A stretch of 64,000 nucleotides of DNA. It comes from Acidobacteriota bacterium. Lineage in GTDB: Bacteria; Acidobacteriota; UBA890; WLXD01. Where the stretch lies: contig CBDFKD010000002.1 of assembly GCA_965248695.1 (NCBI GenBank), positions 4,288,001-4,352,000 on the forward strand, in the 5' to 3' direction. The position numbers and the translations under genes are program-made. The notes beneath the pieces are model-generated. The model worked only from the letters and a program-made list of their open reading frames with translations, was not told the DNA's origin and did not search any database. This document shows, one piece after another, positions 17,947 to 27,430 of the stretch. How positions within the stretch are numbered: position 1 is the stretch's first letter; each line of letters opens with the position of its first letter.

Positions 17947-18425
17947 CGCTGGCTCATACGAAGTCGGTCGATCAGCTCGCCGGTGCTATGCCGCTTGGCG
18001 TCGCCGACGATGGCGACGCGTCCCCCGATACCTTCGACAGCGTCGGATTCAGGGACCCCGTCGGCGTAGTCGGTTCCCTTGCAGTGCACGTCGGGTCGCA
18101 ACTCGCGAATGAGGCGGTGGGCCGTCGGCTCCGGAAATATGGTCACCATGTCGACGCTGCGCAGTGCCGCGACCATCTCTGCCCGGGCAGCCGCCGGCAG
18201 GAACGGGCGCTCGGGCCCCTTGAGCTCCGCCACGGTGGCGTCGTCGTTGATGCCAACCACGAGCACGTCGGCCTCCGACGCCGCTGCGGCGAGGTAGCGG
18301 ACGTGGCCCACGTGCAGCATGTCGAAGCAGCCGTTGGCGAGCGCGACGGTGGCGCCGCGCTGGCGCTGCTGCTGCGCCCAAGTGGAGGCGGCAGATGCCG
18401 CGAGGATCGGAGCGGCGACGCTCAC
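17943..18425 (-). CDS. hldC: D-glycero-beta-D-manno-heptose 1-phosphate adenylyltransferase (RfaE domain II)
   Basis: [29 protein letters not shown] and HSTGELI motifs. Confidence 0.9.
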   Translation of the reverse strand: MSVAAPILAASAASTWAQQQRQRGATVALANGCFDMLHVGHVRYLAAAASEADVLVVGINDDATVAELKGPERPFLPAAARAEMVAALRSVDMVTIFPEPTAHRLIRELRPDVHCKGTDYADGVPESDAVEGIGGRVAIVGDAKRHSTGELIDRLRMSQR

Positions 18426-19438
18426 GTGTTGCCGTCGAGCGCGGCAACGAGCTCTGCATGTGGAACGCTAGCAGTGCCGTGCTTCAGGACCACGAGACCT
18501 GCCGCAACCGTGGCCAGCCTGGCGGCCGGAACGACTTCGGCGCCGGCTGCCAGCGCCAATGTCAACGTGGCGATCACGGTATCGCCCGCACCGGTGACAT
18601 CGGCGATCTCGTCGGTACCGTGAATCGGCAGGTGCACTGGTTTCTGGTCACGCTGAAAGACCGCCATGCCTTGCGAGCCGCGGGTGATCAAGACGTTCTC
18701 GCAATCGAGTCGATCGAGCAATGTCGCTCCCGCCCGTTCGACGGCGTCGCGATCTTGACCGAGCTCGACTCTCAGAACGCTCTCCGCCTCCGTCTGGTTT
18801 GGCGTGACTGCGGTTGCGCCCGCGAAGTCCAGCAGGCGGTGGCGGGAGTCGACAGTGACTGGTACCTCGGCTGCCACCGCCGCGGCGCGCAGCTCTTCGT
18901 ACTGGGTGGGCGAAACTGTGCCCAGCCCGTAGTCCGATACCAGCAGCGCGTCCGCCTTCGCGAGCTCGGCAATGAGACGTTCGGTTGCCGCCCCTTCGCC
19001 GCCTGGCGGCCACGCCTGTTCGTCGTCAATACGCAGGATCTGCTGGCGGACCGTGTGGGATCCGCCGGCCATCACCCGGGTCTTCACTGGCGTGGATCCG
19101 TCGGTGCGTCGATGCACCCCGGCAACGTCAATGCCGGCTTCTGCCAGGGCGCTCGAGAGTCGCTCGCCGGCGTCGTCGGTACCGACGTAGCCGAAAACCG
19201 CGACCTGAGCACCGAGCGCGGCGGCGTTTATCGCGGCGTTGCCGGCCGCCCCGGGACGCACGTTCTCTCCCTCATAGCGCAGCACCAGCGCCGGCGCCTC
19301 GCGAGATACGCGCGTCGTCGAGCCGAGCAGGAAGCGGTCGGCAACCAGATCGCCCCACACAACTACGCGCCGGCTGCTGAGCGCGTCGACCCAGGGGCGC
19401 AGATCGGCGAGGCATTCGAAATCGGACTTGGTGGCCAT
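18422..19438 (-). CDS. hldA: D-glycero-beta-D-manno-heptose-7-phosphate kinase (RfaE domain I, PfkB family)
   Basis: GDLVADRF...[23 protein letters not shown] and [11 protein letters not shown] motifs. Confidence 0.9.
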   Translation of the reverse strand: MATKSDFECLADLRPWVDALSSRRVVVWGDLVADRFLLGSTTRVSREAPALVLRYEGENVRPGAAGNAAINAAALGAQVAVFGYVGTDDAGERLSSALAEAGIDVAGVHRRTDGSTPVKTRVMAGGSHTVRQQILRIDDEQAWPPGGEGAATERLIAELAKADALLVSDYGLGTVSPTQYEELRAAAVAAEVPVTVDSRHRLLDFAGATAVTPNQTEAESVLRVELGQDRDAVERAGATLLDRLDCENVLITRGSQGMAVFQRDQKPVHLPIHGTDEIADVTGAGDTVIATLTLALAAGAEVVPAARLATVAAGLVVLKHGTASVPHAELVAALDGNT

Positions 19439-19512
19439 CGTTGGACCGGAGCGATGCCGCGCACGGCGGCTGGCGGTGGGCTCGCTAACTTAACCGTGGT
19501 CGCGTCAGAGCG

Positions 19513-20538
19513 TCAACTTGTCGGGTTGCCGCGGCCGGTCCGCCACACTGGCGTGAGCGCCCCGAGTGCCTGATCGACGGTCAGCCCTGTCATGCACCTG
19601 TGGTCCAGTGGGCAGTTCTTCGCCAGGCATGGCTGACAGAACGCTGCCGCACTGGCGACCTGCAAATGTGGTCCGAGTGGCCGTGTGCGACGCGGATCGG
19701 TGGGTCCGAACAACACCAGCGTGGGTGTGCTCAACGCCGATGCCAGGTGCGCGGCGCCGGTGTCGTTGCTGATCACCGCACGGCACTGGCTCAGAATCGC
19801 CGCCAGGTCGATGATGTCCGTTTGCCCGGCGACGTTCCGACAGTCGACATCGCAGGCGGCGGCGACTTCGGCCGCGACATCGACATCCTGCGGCCCTCCG
19901 AGAATCACCGGTAATGCGCCCCAGCTTTGTGCCGCCGAGCTCGCCAGGGCGCCGTACGACGCGGCCGGCCAGCGTTTCGCCGGGCCGTTGGCACAGCCGG
20001 GTACGACTCCGAGGATTGGCTGGTCGGTATCGATCAGACGGCGAACGCGATCATGGCTGTTTGCCGGCGCGGCCAACAGCACGTCTTCCGGTCGCGGTGC
20101 GGCGGTGTTGAGCGGCTTCAGCAGGCGGGCGTAGCGAGACGCGTCGTGGATCGGAGCGAGGGTGTCGGTCGGGGGCAACGCTTCGGTCAGCAGGAATCCA
20201 CGCATTTCGGTCGCGTAGCCAATGCGGCGGCGCACGTTCGCCAGCGCGGCGACGAGCGCGGGCTCGAATGCGTTCGGAAGCAACAGCGCGCCGGCGGGAG
20301 ACAGGCGCGCCACGTCGCTGACCGCGCGCCGTAGGCCGACCAGCCGGCCGAGTCCAGAGTGCCGCCGGTGCGGTAGCACCCGACCGCGCACCCCGGTTGC
20401 CTGCAGCAAGCGCCCGTGTGACTCCGGTCCCCACAGAACAAGCTCGTCGACGGTGCGCTCCAGGGCGCGGATGGTGGGCACGGCCATGACCGTGTCCCCG
20501 AGCCAGGTAGGCAACCGCACGATCCAGGAGCCGCGCAT
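19513..20538 (-). CDS. waaF: LPS heptosyltransferase II (GT9)
   Basis: RLPTWLGDTVMA, PGCANGPAKRWP and NDTGAAHLA...LFGPTDP motifs. Confidence 0.88.
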   Translation of the reverse strand: MRGSWIVRLPTWLGDTVMAVPTIRALERTVDELVLWGPESHGRLLQATGVRGRVLPHRRHSGLGRLVGLRRAVSDVARLSPAGALLLPNAFEPALVAALANVRRRIGYATEMRGFLLTEALPPTDTLAPIHDASRYARLLKPLNTAAPRPEDVLLAAPANSHDRVRRLIDTDQPILGVVPGCANGPAKRWPAASYGALASSAAQSWGALPVILGGPQDVDVAAEVAAACDVDCRNVAGQTDIIDLAAILSQCRAVISNDTGAAHLASALSTPTLVLFGPTDPRRTRPLGPHLQVASAAAFCQPCLAKNCPLDHRCMTGLTVDQALGALTPVWRTGRGNPTS

Positions 20539-20618
20539 GCCGTCCGGAATCCTCTTTGCACCAGCCGCGATAGCCGCGGAGCGGCGGCTTGTGGCCGGTA
20601 ACGATTATCTGATCGAGC

Positions 20619-21488
20619 TTACTGCGGGCGCTCCCGCCAGCGATCGTGCATCCATAGCCAGGCCTGCGGGCAGGAACGCACGTGACGTTCCACACAGGCC
20701 GTGATCGTAGCGGTAATCTCGAGGATCGCCTCGTCGTGATCCGCAGTGGTGGCAGTGATGGGCCGATCGATCGCCAGGCGATAGTGGTCGTCGTGTGGCA
20801 CGGCGAACATCGGCACAATCGGCGCGCCCGAGCGCAGGTGTAGTTGCGCCACGGCGCGCGTGGTGGCTGCGAGTCGGTCGAAGTAGGGAACAAACACTGC
20901 GTCGGGTGGCAATGTGTTCTGGTCTACCAGGACAGCGAGTGCCGAACCGGCGCGCAAAGCTCGGAGAGCCGGGCGGAACGCGTTGCTCTTGGGAATCACA
21001 CGCGCGCCGGTGCATGTACGGCGTTGGTTGACCAGCTGATCGAGCCCGGCGTCGTCGAGCGGTCGGGCGATCGACACTAGCGGGACGCCGAGCTTGGCGA
21101 GGGCCACGCCGACGAGCTCCCAGTTGCCGAAATGAGCTGTGGCGAGGATCAGGCCCTGGCCGGCATCGAGGCTGTCGTTGACCTGCGTCATGCGCTCGTC
21201 GGTGCGGACGATCTGGTCGATAGGCCGGTCGATTATCCGGGGGCTCCAGAGAAACTCCATCGCCGTACGCCCCATCTGCTCGAAGCTGCCCCGCGCGGTG
21301 CGCTCGTGCCAGGCGTCATCGCGCTCGGGAAAGGCGCGGCGCAGGTTGCTCAAGGCGACCCGTCGATGACGTCGGTCGACCCGATAGGCCAGTCGGCCGA
21401 GGCGCTTGCCTCGAGCTGCGGCGGTGGCCAGATCCCACCGTGTCACGTGCTCGGCGAAGGACTCCGCCAGCCGGGCGATGAGGGTCAT
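20619..21488 (-). CDS. lpxL: Lipid A late acyltransferase (LpxL/HtrB family)
   Basis: ALSNLRRAFPE, TAHFGNWEL, LVDQN and PQAWLWMHDRW motifs. Confidence 0.85.
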   Translation of the reverse strand: MTLIARLAESFAEHVTRWDLATAAARGKRLGRLAYRVDRRHRRVALSNLRRAFPERDDAWHERTARGSFEQMGRTAMEFLWSPRIIDRPIDQIVRTDERMTQVNDSLDAGQGLILATAHFGNWELVGVALAKLGVPLVSIARPLDDAGLDQLVNQRRTCTGARVIPKSNAFRPALRALRAGSALAVLVDQNTLPPDAVFVPYFDRLAATTRAVAQLHLRSGAPIVPMFAVPHDDHYRLAIDRPITATTADHDEAILEITATITACVERHVRSCPQAWLWMHDRWRERPQ

Positions 21489-22537
21489 GTGGGATCCCTT
21501 GGCCCAACCTCGAGTCGGGGTAGCAACCAGTGCGCGAACGCCTCCGGACGCACCAAGCTCAATCTATGAGACCAGACATGGATTGGCACAGAACGTGGCC
21601 CATCGTGCTCCTGAAGCCGCACGGCATCCTTCTCGGTGGTTACGAGCGCCTCCGCGCCGACGCTTGCTGCGCCGCGCTGCAGAGAGTCCAGATCACGGTT
21701 CGAATACCAATGATGATCCGGAAACGACCGCCGCGCGAGCACCTCCATGCCAGCCGCCTCCAGCGCGCCGAAAAACCGTTGGGGACGGGCGATTCCGGCG
21801 AAGGCGACGCACGAGGCCCCGAGATCTTGGGGCGCTCTCGGCGGTGTGCGCGGGTCCCAGGAGCTCAGCGGCCAGCAGCCAGGCTCTTCGGACCGCGCAT
21901 CGAACGCCGGTCGCTCCGGGTATCTGTCGGCGAGCTCACGCCGGACGGTATCGTGATCCTCTCGAGGCCCGACAACGATGAATGCGTCGGCGCGCCGAGC
22001 GGCGCTGGCACCCTCCCGCAGCCGCCCGGCCGGCGGCGGCGCATGCTCCCAGAACGGTCGCTCCGCGTCGACGACCAACAGGTTCACGTTGCGCGCCACC
22101 CGTACATGCTGGTAGGCATCGTCCAGCAAGTAGACGTCAGGCGGGGCAATGCGCTGCTCGAGCAAATCGGCCGCCAGCTCGCGTCGGCCCGCGACCGCGA
22201 CCGGAATGCCCTCGAGGGCTCGCGCGTACCAGCTAGGCTCGTCGCCTGCTGAGCGCACGTCGACAGCGAGACCCCGGCCGTCGCTCACCACGCGCGGTTG
22301 GCGCGTCTGTCGGGCATAGCCGCGGCTGATGATCGCCGGCTTGTGGCCGGCTCGTTGCAGCAGCAGCGCGAGGGCGGCGACGACCGGGGTCTTGCCTGTA
22401 CCTCCCATCTCGAGCGCGCCGACGCTGATCGTCGGCCGACTGAGCCGCCGTGTGGTGAGCAGGCCCTGTCGATACAGCTCTGCCCGCGCCCGCGCCGCCA
22501 GACTCCAGGGCATCCCCAGCACTCCCGGCAGGCTCAC
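21485..22537 (-). CDS. lpxK: Tetraacyldisaccharide 4'-kinase
   Basis: SVGALEMGGTGKTP, SRGY, GDEP, LLDDAYQH, FAGIARP, FPDHH and TTEKDAVR motifs. Confidence 0.93.
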   Translation of the reverse strand: MSLPGVLGMPWSLAARARAELYRQGLLTTRRLSRPTISVGALEMGGTGKTPVVAALALLLQRAGHKPAIISRGYARQTRQPRVVSDGRGLAVDVRSAGDEPSWYARALEGIPVAVAGRRELAADLLEQRIAPPDVYLLDDAYQHVRVARNVNLLVVDAERPFWEHAPPPAGRLREGASAARRADAFIVVGPREDHDTVRRELADRYPERPAFDARSEEPGCWPLSSWDPRTPPRAPQDLGASCVAFAGIARPQRFFGALEAAGMEVLARRSFPDHHWYSNRDLDSLQRGAASVGAEALVTTEKDAVRLQEHDGPRSVPIHVWSHRLSLVRPEAFAHWLLPRLEVGPRDPT

Positions 22538-23808
22538 GCCCCGAGCTCCGGGAGACGACGAAGCAACAGGCGGGCGGTTCGACGACCGGCAGCGGCGTCG
22601 CGTAACGCCACGATGCGCGCCCGCTCGCCCATCTGCCGTTGTCGGTCCGGGTCATCGATGAGCTCGATGATGCGCTCGCCGAGGGCGTCCGGGTCCGCCA
22701 CCTGGATCGCGCCACCGGCTCGCAGGAGCTCGTTTGCCAGCGACGCGAAGTTCTCCGTACTGGGCCCGAAAAGGACCGGACGTCCCTGGATCGCGGGTTC
22801 GAGCAAGTTGTGGCCCCCGGTGGGTACTAGGCTGCCGCCGACGAAGGCAATGCATCCGAGGCCGTAGGCGGCGGGCAGCTCGCCGATCGTGTCGAGCAGG
22901 ATCACTTCGCTGTCGTTGGTACCCGGACGCGTCCGGCGGTCGCAGCGGAATCCGGCATGTTGAACGAGCGCCTCCACGTCATCGAATCGCTCCGGGTGCC
23001 GCGGTGCGAGCAGTAGCCTCGATTCCGGATGGCGTTGCTGTACTCGACGGAATGCACGCAGCACCTTCTGCTCTTCGTTGTCCATCGTGCAGCCGGCGAC
23101 GATCAATGGGCGGTCTTCTGTGGTGCGCAGGAGGTTCTGGAGCTCGGAATGAAGCGCCCCGGAGGGACGTAGCGCTTCGGCGTCGGCCTTCAGGTTGCCG
23201 GTGGCGAAGACGTTCGCGGGTTCGATCCCGATGGCTCGGAAACGACCGGCCTCCAGGGAGGTACGGGCGCATACCAGGTCGAGGAGCTCGAACGGCGCGG
23301 CCCATACGCGCCGCAGGCGCGCGTAGCGGCGACACGAGGTGGCCGATAGGCGGGCGTTCACGAGGGCGGTACGCACACCATGAACCGAACAGGCGCGCAG
23401 CAGATTGGGCCAGATCTCCGTTTCAACCAACAGCAGTGCGCTCGGCGCCAGTGTCCGCAGGTAGCCGTTGACGGCGGAGGGAAGGTCCAATGGCATGTAG
23501 AAGATGTCGTCGGCTCCGGCCTGCTGGGCGATCTCCTGGCCGGTGGGCGTCGTTGTCGACAGAAGAATGGGCACCCCCGGGGCCATCTGTCGGAGGTGCG
23601 GTATGAGCCCACGCGCGGCATGCACCTCGCCCACAGACACGGCGTGGATCCAGATGCAGCCACGATGTTTTGCTAGCCGCTCCGGGACTCGGCCGAGGCG
23701 CTCGTCGAGTGCGACCGCGTATCTGCCGCCGAACGCCCGATCGAAGGCCGCCCGTGGGGCCAGCAGGCACAGGCCGACCATGTAGAGGAAGGTATAGATG
23801 GCGAACAC
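22534..23808 (-). CDS. waaA: 3-deoxy-D-manno-octulosonic-acid (Kdo) transferase
   Basis: WIHAVSVGE, VETEIWPN, APRHPERF and FVGGSLVPTGGHNLLEP motifs. Confidence 0.95.
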   Translation of the reverse strand: MFAIYTFLYMVGLCLLAPRAAFDRAFGGRYAVALDERLGRVPERLAKHRGCIWIHAVSVGEVHAARGLIPHLRQMAPGVPILLSTTTPTGQEIAQQAGADDIFYMPLDLPSAVNGYLRTLAPSALLLVETEIWPNLLRACSVHGVRTALVNARLSATSCRRYARLRRVWAAPFELLDLVCARTSLEAGRFRAIGIEPANVFATGNLKADAEALRPSGALHSELQNLLRTTEDRPLIVAGCTMDNEEQKVLRAFRRVQQRHPESRLLLAPRHPERFDDVEALVQHAGFRCDRRTRPGTNDSEVILLDTIGELPAAYGLGCIAFVGGSLVPTGGHNLLEPAIQGRPVLFGPSTENFASLANELLRAGGAIQVADPDALGERIIELIDDPDRQRQMGERARIVALRDAAAGRRTARLLLRRLPELGA

Positions 23809-23923
23809 TAGGAGGCCATGATTTCGGTGCTGCGTGCGGAGACACTATGGTGGCGGTTGCGTGGATTGTCGCGCGCCGGTCCCGGATGTGAGCAGCCGGC
23901 TGATTATAGTGCGCTGGGGTGAG

Positions 23924-24985
23924 ATGAACGACGCAGTCAAGCCGCTCAACTTGCTGGACCTGCCGCCATTGGCGTGGCGGCAGGCGCTAGCTGCCGCCGG
24001 GTTGCCTGCCTATCGGGGTCAGCAGCTGGCGCACTGGGTCTTCGGTCGCGGTGTGTTCGATTTCGCCGCCATGACCGACCTGCCGGTTAAGCTCCGCACG
24101 GACTTGCCGACGCGCTTTCGGCTCGAGCCACCGACGGTGGACACGGTGTTTCGATCGGCCGATCACAGCCGACGGTATCTGCTGCGCGTCGGGGCCGGCG
24201 AGGTGATCGAGTCCGTGACGATGCCCTATGCGCGCCGAACGACCCTCTGCATTTCGTCTCAGGTCGGTTGTCGCTTCGCCTGTGGGTTCTGTCAGACGGG
24301 CCAGCTCAAGCTGCGTCGGTCGCTGTCTGCGGGTGAGATCCTCGGACAGGTGCTGCGCTTGCGAGCGGAAATCCAGGAGCCGTGCTCGCGCCTAAACGTG
24401 GTGTTCATGGGGCAGGGCGAGCCGCTGGATAACGCCGCCGCCGTGACCGCGGCGGTCGAGGCGATGCAGGACCCCAACGGGCTGGCGCTCGGGTGGCGGC
24501 GCATTACGGTCTCGACGGTAGGACTCCCCCCCGCGATCCTTGCCTTGGCCGAGCTCGGAACCCGTCGGCCGCGCATCGCCGTCTCGCTGAATGCGTCGAC
24601 CGACGAGGTGCGCTCCGAGCTGATGCCGGTGAATCGCAAGTATCCGATTGCTGCCCTGATCGGCGCGCTGCGCGAGGTGCCCTGGCGCAATCGAGAAAAA
24701 GTGACCTGCGAGTATGTGCTGCTCAGCGGCATCAACGACACAGAAACGGACGCGCGCCGCCTTGGCGGCTTGCTCAACGGCTTGCCCGCAAAGGTGAATC
24801 TGATTCCATGGAACCCGATTCCCGGCATGCCGTACCAGCGCCCGTCGTCGGAGCGAATCGAGAGGTTCCGCCGCGCCGCCCTGAGCAGTGGTCTGGATGC
24901 TCTGGTGCGCTACAGCCGCGGAGCCGACATCGGGGCGGCCTGCGGGCAGTTAGCGACAGCTGCCGAAAGCGGTACGGGTCACTAG
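23924..24985 (+). CDS. rlmN: 23S rRNA/tRNA m2A methyltransferase (radical SAM)
   Basis: CISSQVGCRFACGFC, FMGQGEPL, VNLIPWN and GAACGQL motifs. ATG 23924 preferred to the ORF-track start. Confidence 0.93.
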   Translation: MNDAVKPLNLLDLPPLAWRQALAAAGLPAYRGQQLAHWVFGRGVFDFAAMTDLPVKLRTDLPTRFRLEPPTVDTVFRSADHSRRYLLRVGAGEVIESVTMPYARRTTLCISSQVGCRFACGFCQTGQLKLRRSLSAGEILGQVLRLRAEIQEPCSRLNVVFMGQGEPLDNAAAVTAAVEAMQDPNGLALGWRRITVSTVGLPPAILALAELGTRRPRIAVSLNASTDEVRSELMPVNRKYPIAALIGALREVPWRNREKVTCEYVLLSGINDTETDARRLGGLLNGLPAKVNLIPWNPIPGMPYQRPSSERIERFRRAALSSGLDALVRYSRGADIGAACGQLATAAESGTGH

Positions 24986-25014
24986 CAGGCCCGCCACACT
25001 TCCACCACGGCCTG

Positions 25015-25530
25015 CTAGAGCCCTTCACCCTCCAGACGAGCTTCGAGATCGGCTTGCATCGCGTCGACATTGGCGGTCTGCTGCTCCCGGTCCGCGTCCA
25101 CCCGCTCGGCCGTACCGGTGTCTCCAAGTGCGAGGATGCGCGCTGCCAGATGAGCGGCGTTGACGGCGCCCGACTTGCCAATGCCGACGGTTGCCACGGG
25201 AACGCCGCCGGGCATTTGAACCGTTGCCAGGAGCGCGTCCAGACCGCCGAGGGCGGAGGCCACCAACGGCACGCCGATCACCGGGAGCCGAGTATGGGCC
25301 GCGATCGTGCCGGCGAGATGGGCGGCGCCGCCGGCCCCGGCAATGATCACCTGCAGCCCGCGGTCGATCCCACCGGCCGCGTAGCTGGCGACCGCGTGCG
25401 GGCTGCGATGGGCCGACATCACGCGAACCTCGTACGGGATCGCCAGCTTCTGGAGAACCCGGACGCCCGACACCATGACATCGAAATCCGAAATGCTACC
25501 CATCACGATGGCAACGCGTGCTGCGCTCAT
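25015..25530 (-). CDS. purE: N5-carboxyaminoimidazole ribonucleotide mutase
   Basis: MGSISD, SAHRSP, AGGAAHLAG and VQMPGGVPVATV motifs. Confidence 0.96.
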   Translation of the reverse strand: MSAARVAIVMGSISDFDVMVSGVRVLQKLAIPYEVRVMSAHRSPHAVASYAAGGIDRGLQVIIAGAGGAAHLAGTIAAHTRLPVIGVPLVASALGGLDALLATVQMPGGVPVATVGIGKSGAVNAAHLAARILALGDTGTAERVDADREQQTANVDAMQADLEARLEGEGL

Positions 25531-26810
25531 ACTGAGCTCCTAGGTCGTCGGCCGATATCACGGCGGTAGTGCATGCCCTCGAACTCGATCGCATCGATGG
25601 CCGCGTAGGCGTTGTCGAGGGCAGTCAACAAGGTGTCGCCGAGGGCGGAGACGCCGAGCACCCGGCCGCCGGCCGTGATCGGGGTTCCGTCTTGGTCCCC
25701 GGTGCCGGCGTGGAAGACCATGACGTCGTTGCGACCTGCGAGCTGGTCCAGGCCGGCGATCGGATCGCCCTGCCGATAGTGACCGGGGTAGCCATCCGCC
25801 GCGAGGATTACGCAGGCGGCATGTTGATCGGACCATCGCAGCGATCTGTTCGGCAGGCTGCCTTCGGCGATTCCGGCGAAGAGCTCTCCGACGTCCTCTT
25901 GTAGCAGCGGTAACACGGCTTGCGCCTCCGGGTCGCCGAAGCGGCAGTTGTACTCCAGGACCATTGGCCCCTCCTCGGTAAACATCAATCCGGCGTATAG
26001 CACGCCGGCGAACGGACGGCCCTCCGTTGCCATGCCGTCGATCGTTGCCTGCAGAACTCCGCTCCCCAACTCGGCGTCGGCGGCGGCGGAAATCACCGAC
26101 TCCGCCGGAGCGTATGCCCCCATGCCTCCGGTGTTGGGGCCGCGGTCACCGTCAAGCGCCTGCTTGTGATCCTGCGACGGCAGCAACGGCACGACGCGTT
26201 CGCCGTCGGACAACGCCATCAACGTCACTTCCGTTCCAACCAGGAAGCGCTCGATCACCACGACGTTGCCGGCCGTGCCGAAGCTACCCTCGTTCATCGC
26301 CGCGGCGACTGCTGCGGTGGCAGCCGGCGCATCGTTGCAAATCACCACACCCTTGCCGGCCGCCAGGCCGTCGGCCTTGACGACGAGCGGAAAGCCCCAC
26401 GGCGACTGGCGAGCGAACTCGAGCGCCGGGCCGACATCGGCGAAAATCTCGAAGTCGCCGGTGGCAATGTCGTGGCGTCGCATGAACTCTTTTGCGAACC
26501 CCTTGCTGCCTTCGAGGATTGCCGCCGGCTTCCTCGGTCCGAAGCACCGGATACCGGCATCCTCGAAGATCTCGGTGATGCCCGCTGCCAAAGGCGCCTC
26601 GGGGCCGACGACCACGAGGTCGATGGCGTGCTCCTCGGCCGCGAGCGCCAGCGCGGCGAGATCTCCGGCCTGAATCGGCCAGCATGTGGCATCGCGTGCG
26701 ATGCCGGCGTTACCGGGCGAGCAGATCACAGTGTCGACGCTTTCGCTGCGTTGCAGGGCCCACACGAGCGCGTGCTCGCGTCCGCCGCCGCCGACCACCA
26801 GGACATTCAT
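25527..26810 (-). CDS. purD: Phosphoribosylamine-glycine ligase
   Basis: GGGGREHAL, KADGLAAGKGV, GPNTGGMG and EYNCRFGDPE motifs. Confidence 0.97.
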   Translation of the reverse strand: MNVLVVGGGGREHALVWALQRSESVDTVICSPGNAGIARDATCWPIQAGDLAALALAAEEHAIDLVVVGPEAPLAAGITEIFEDAGIRCFGPRKPAAILEGSKGFAKEFMRRHDIATGDFEIFADVGPALEFARQSPWGFPLVVKADGLAAGKGVVICNDAPAATAAVAAAMNEGSFGTAGNVVVIERFLVGTEVTLMALSDGERVVPLLPSQDHKQALDGDRGPNTGGMGAYAPAESVISAAADAELGSGVLQATIDGMATEGRPFAGVLYAGLMFTEEGPMVLEYNCRFGDPEAQAVLPLLQEDVGELFAGIAEGSLPNRSLRWSDQHAACVILAADGYPGHYRQGDPIAGLDQLAGRNDVMVFHAGTGDQDGTPITAGGRVLGVSALGDTLLTALDNAYAAIDAIEFEGMHYRRDIGRRPRSSV

Positions 26811-27023
26811 GTCGGGCTCCTGAACTTCGGGTGAAGATCGCGGCGACTCCGTCGGTCAGGATGCCGGTCACGACCAGCTCGTGCGTCCAAGGTGGCCCCG
26901 TCTGCCGCGCCACCATCGCCCCGTCGGTCCGCTTCTCCGTACACCCCGCCGGCCGGTGTTACCACACCCCTGTGGAGCGGGCAACAAGGGTCGCCGGGGC
27001 GGCGAGCTCCCGGGCGAAAGCGT

Positions 27024-27052
27024 TTGACGGCCTGAGCCTGAATCGGTACTCT
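27024..27052 (+). promoter_or_regulatory. Putative sigma70 promoter for rpsU
   Basis: TTGACG (27024-27029), 17-bp spacer, TACTCT (27047-27052), about 100 nt upstream of rpsU. Confidence 0.55.
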
Positions 27053-27149
27053 TCGTGCTTCTGGCCGACCATGGTACGCTCTTCGTGCGCTCGCCAGACA
27101 GGGGGAAGCGGTAGCGCTTCCAGACTCTTCGCAACGAGGAAACCCGCAG

Positions 27150-27353
27150 ATGGCTTTTGTCCGCGTCGAGGACGGCGAGTCGATTGAGCACGCCCTCCGG
27201 CGGTTCCGTCGTTTCGTGCAGCGCGAGAACATTCTCCGCGACGCGAAGCGCCATTCGCACTTCGTGAAACCTGGCGAACGTCGCCGCGCGAAGCAGGCGG
27301 CAGCTCGACGCCGGTGGCGGCGCCGTCAGCGCCGCATGCGCGCCGAGCCCTAG
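27150..27353 (+). CDS. rpsU: 30S ribosomal protein S21
   Basis: VRVEDGESIEHALRRFRRFVQRENIL...HFVKPGERRR. Confidence 0.93.
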   Translation: MAFVRVEDGESIEHALRRFRRFVQRENILRDAKRHSHFVKPGERRRAKQAAARRRWRRRQRRMRAEP

Positions 27354-27430
27354 ATCCGCGCATCGGAAACGGATTCAACGTACGTTCGTATCGGCATCGA
27401 TCCAACGTTCGCATCGCGCTCCGTCGACGA

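Noticed and set aside
23812-23922. GGAGG plus ATG at 23818 opening a 34-codon ORF before rlmN
   Set aside because: No recognisable protein, and it occupies the divergent waaA/rlmN promoter region; it cannot be supported as a leader peptide.
24400-24425. RlmN MGQGEP instead of MGMGEP as a sign of Cfr-like or altered function
   Set aside because: All other RlmN motifs and both catalytic Cys regions are intact; one substitution is insufficient evidence.
26811-26960. Possible ZTP or PRPP riboswitch upstream of purD (minus strand contains ggtcgtgaccggc)
   Set aside because: Only the first few bases resemble the ZTP aptamer; the downstream conserved elements and 3' pseudoknot hairpin were not found.
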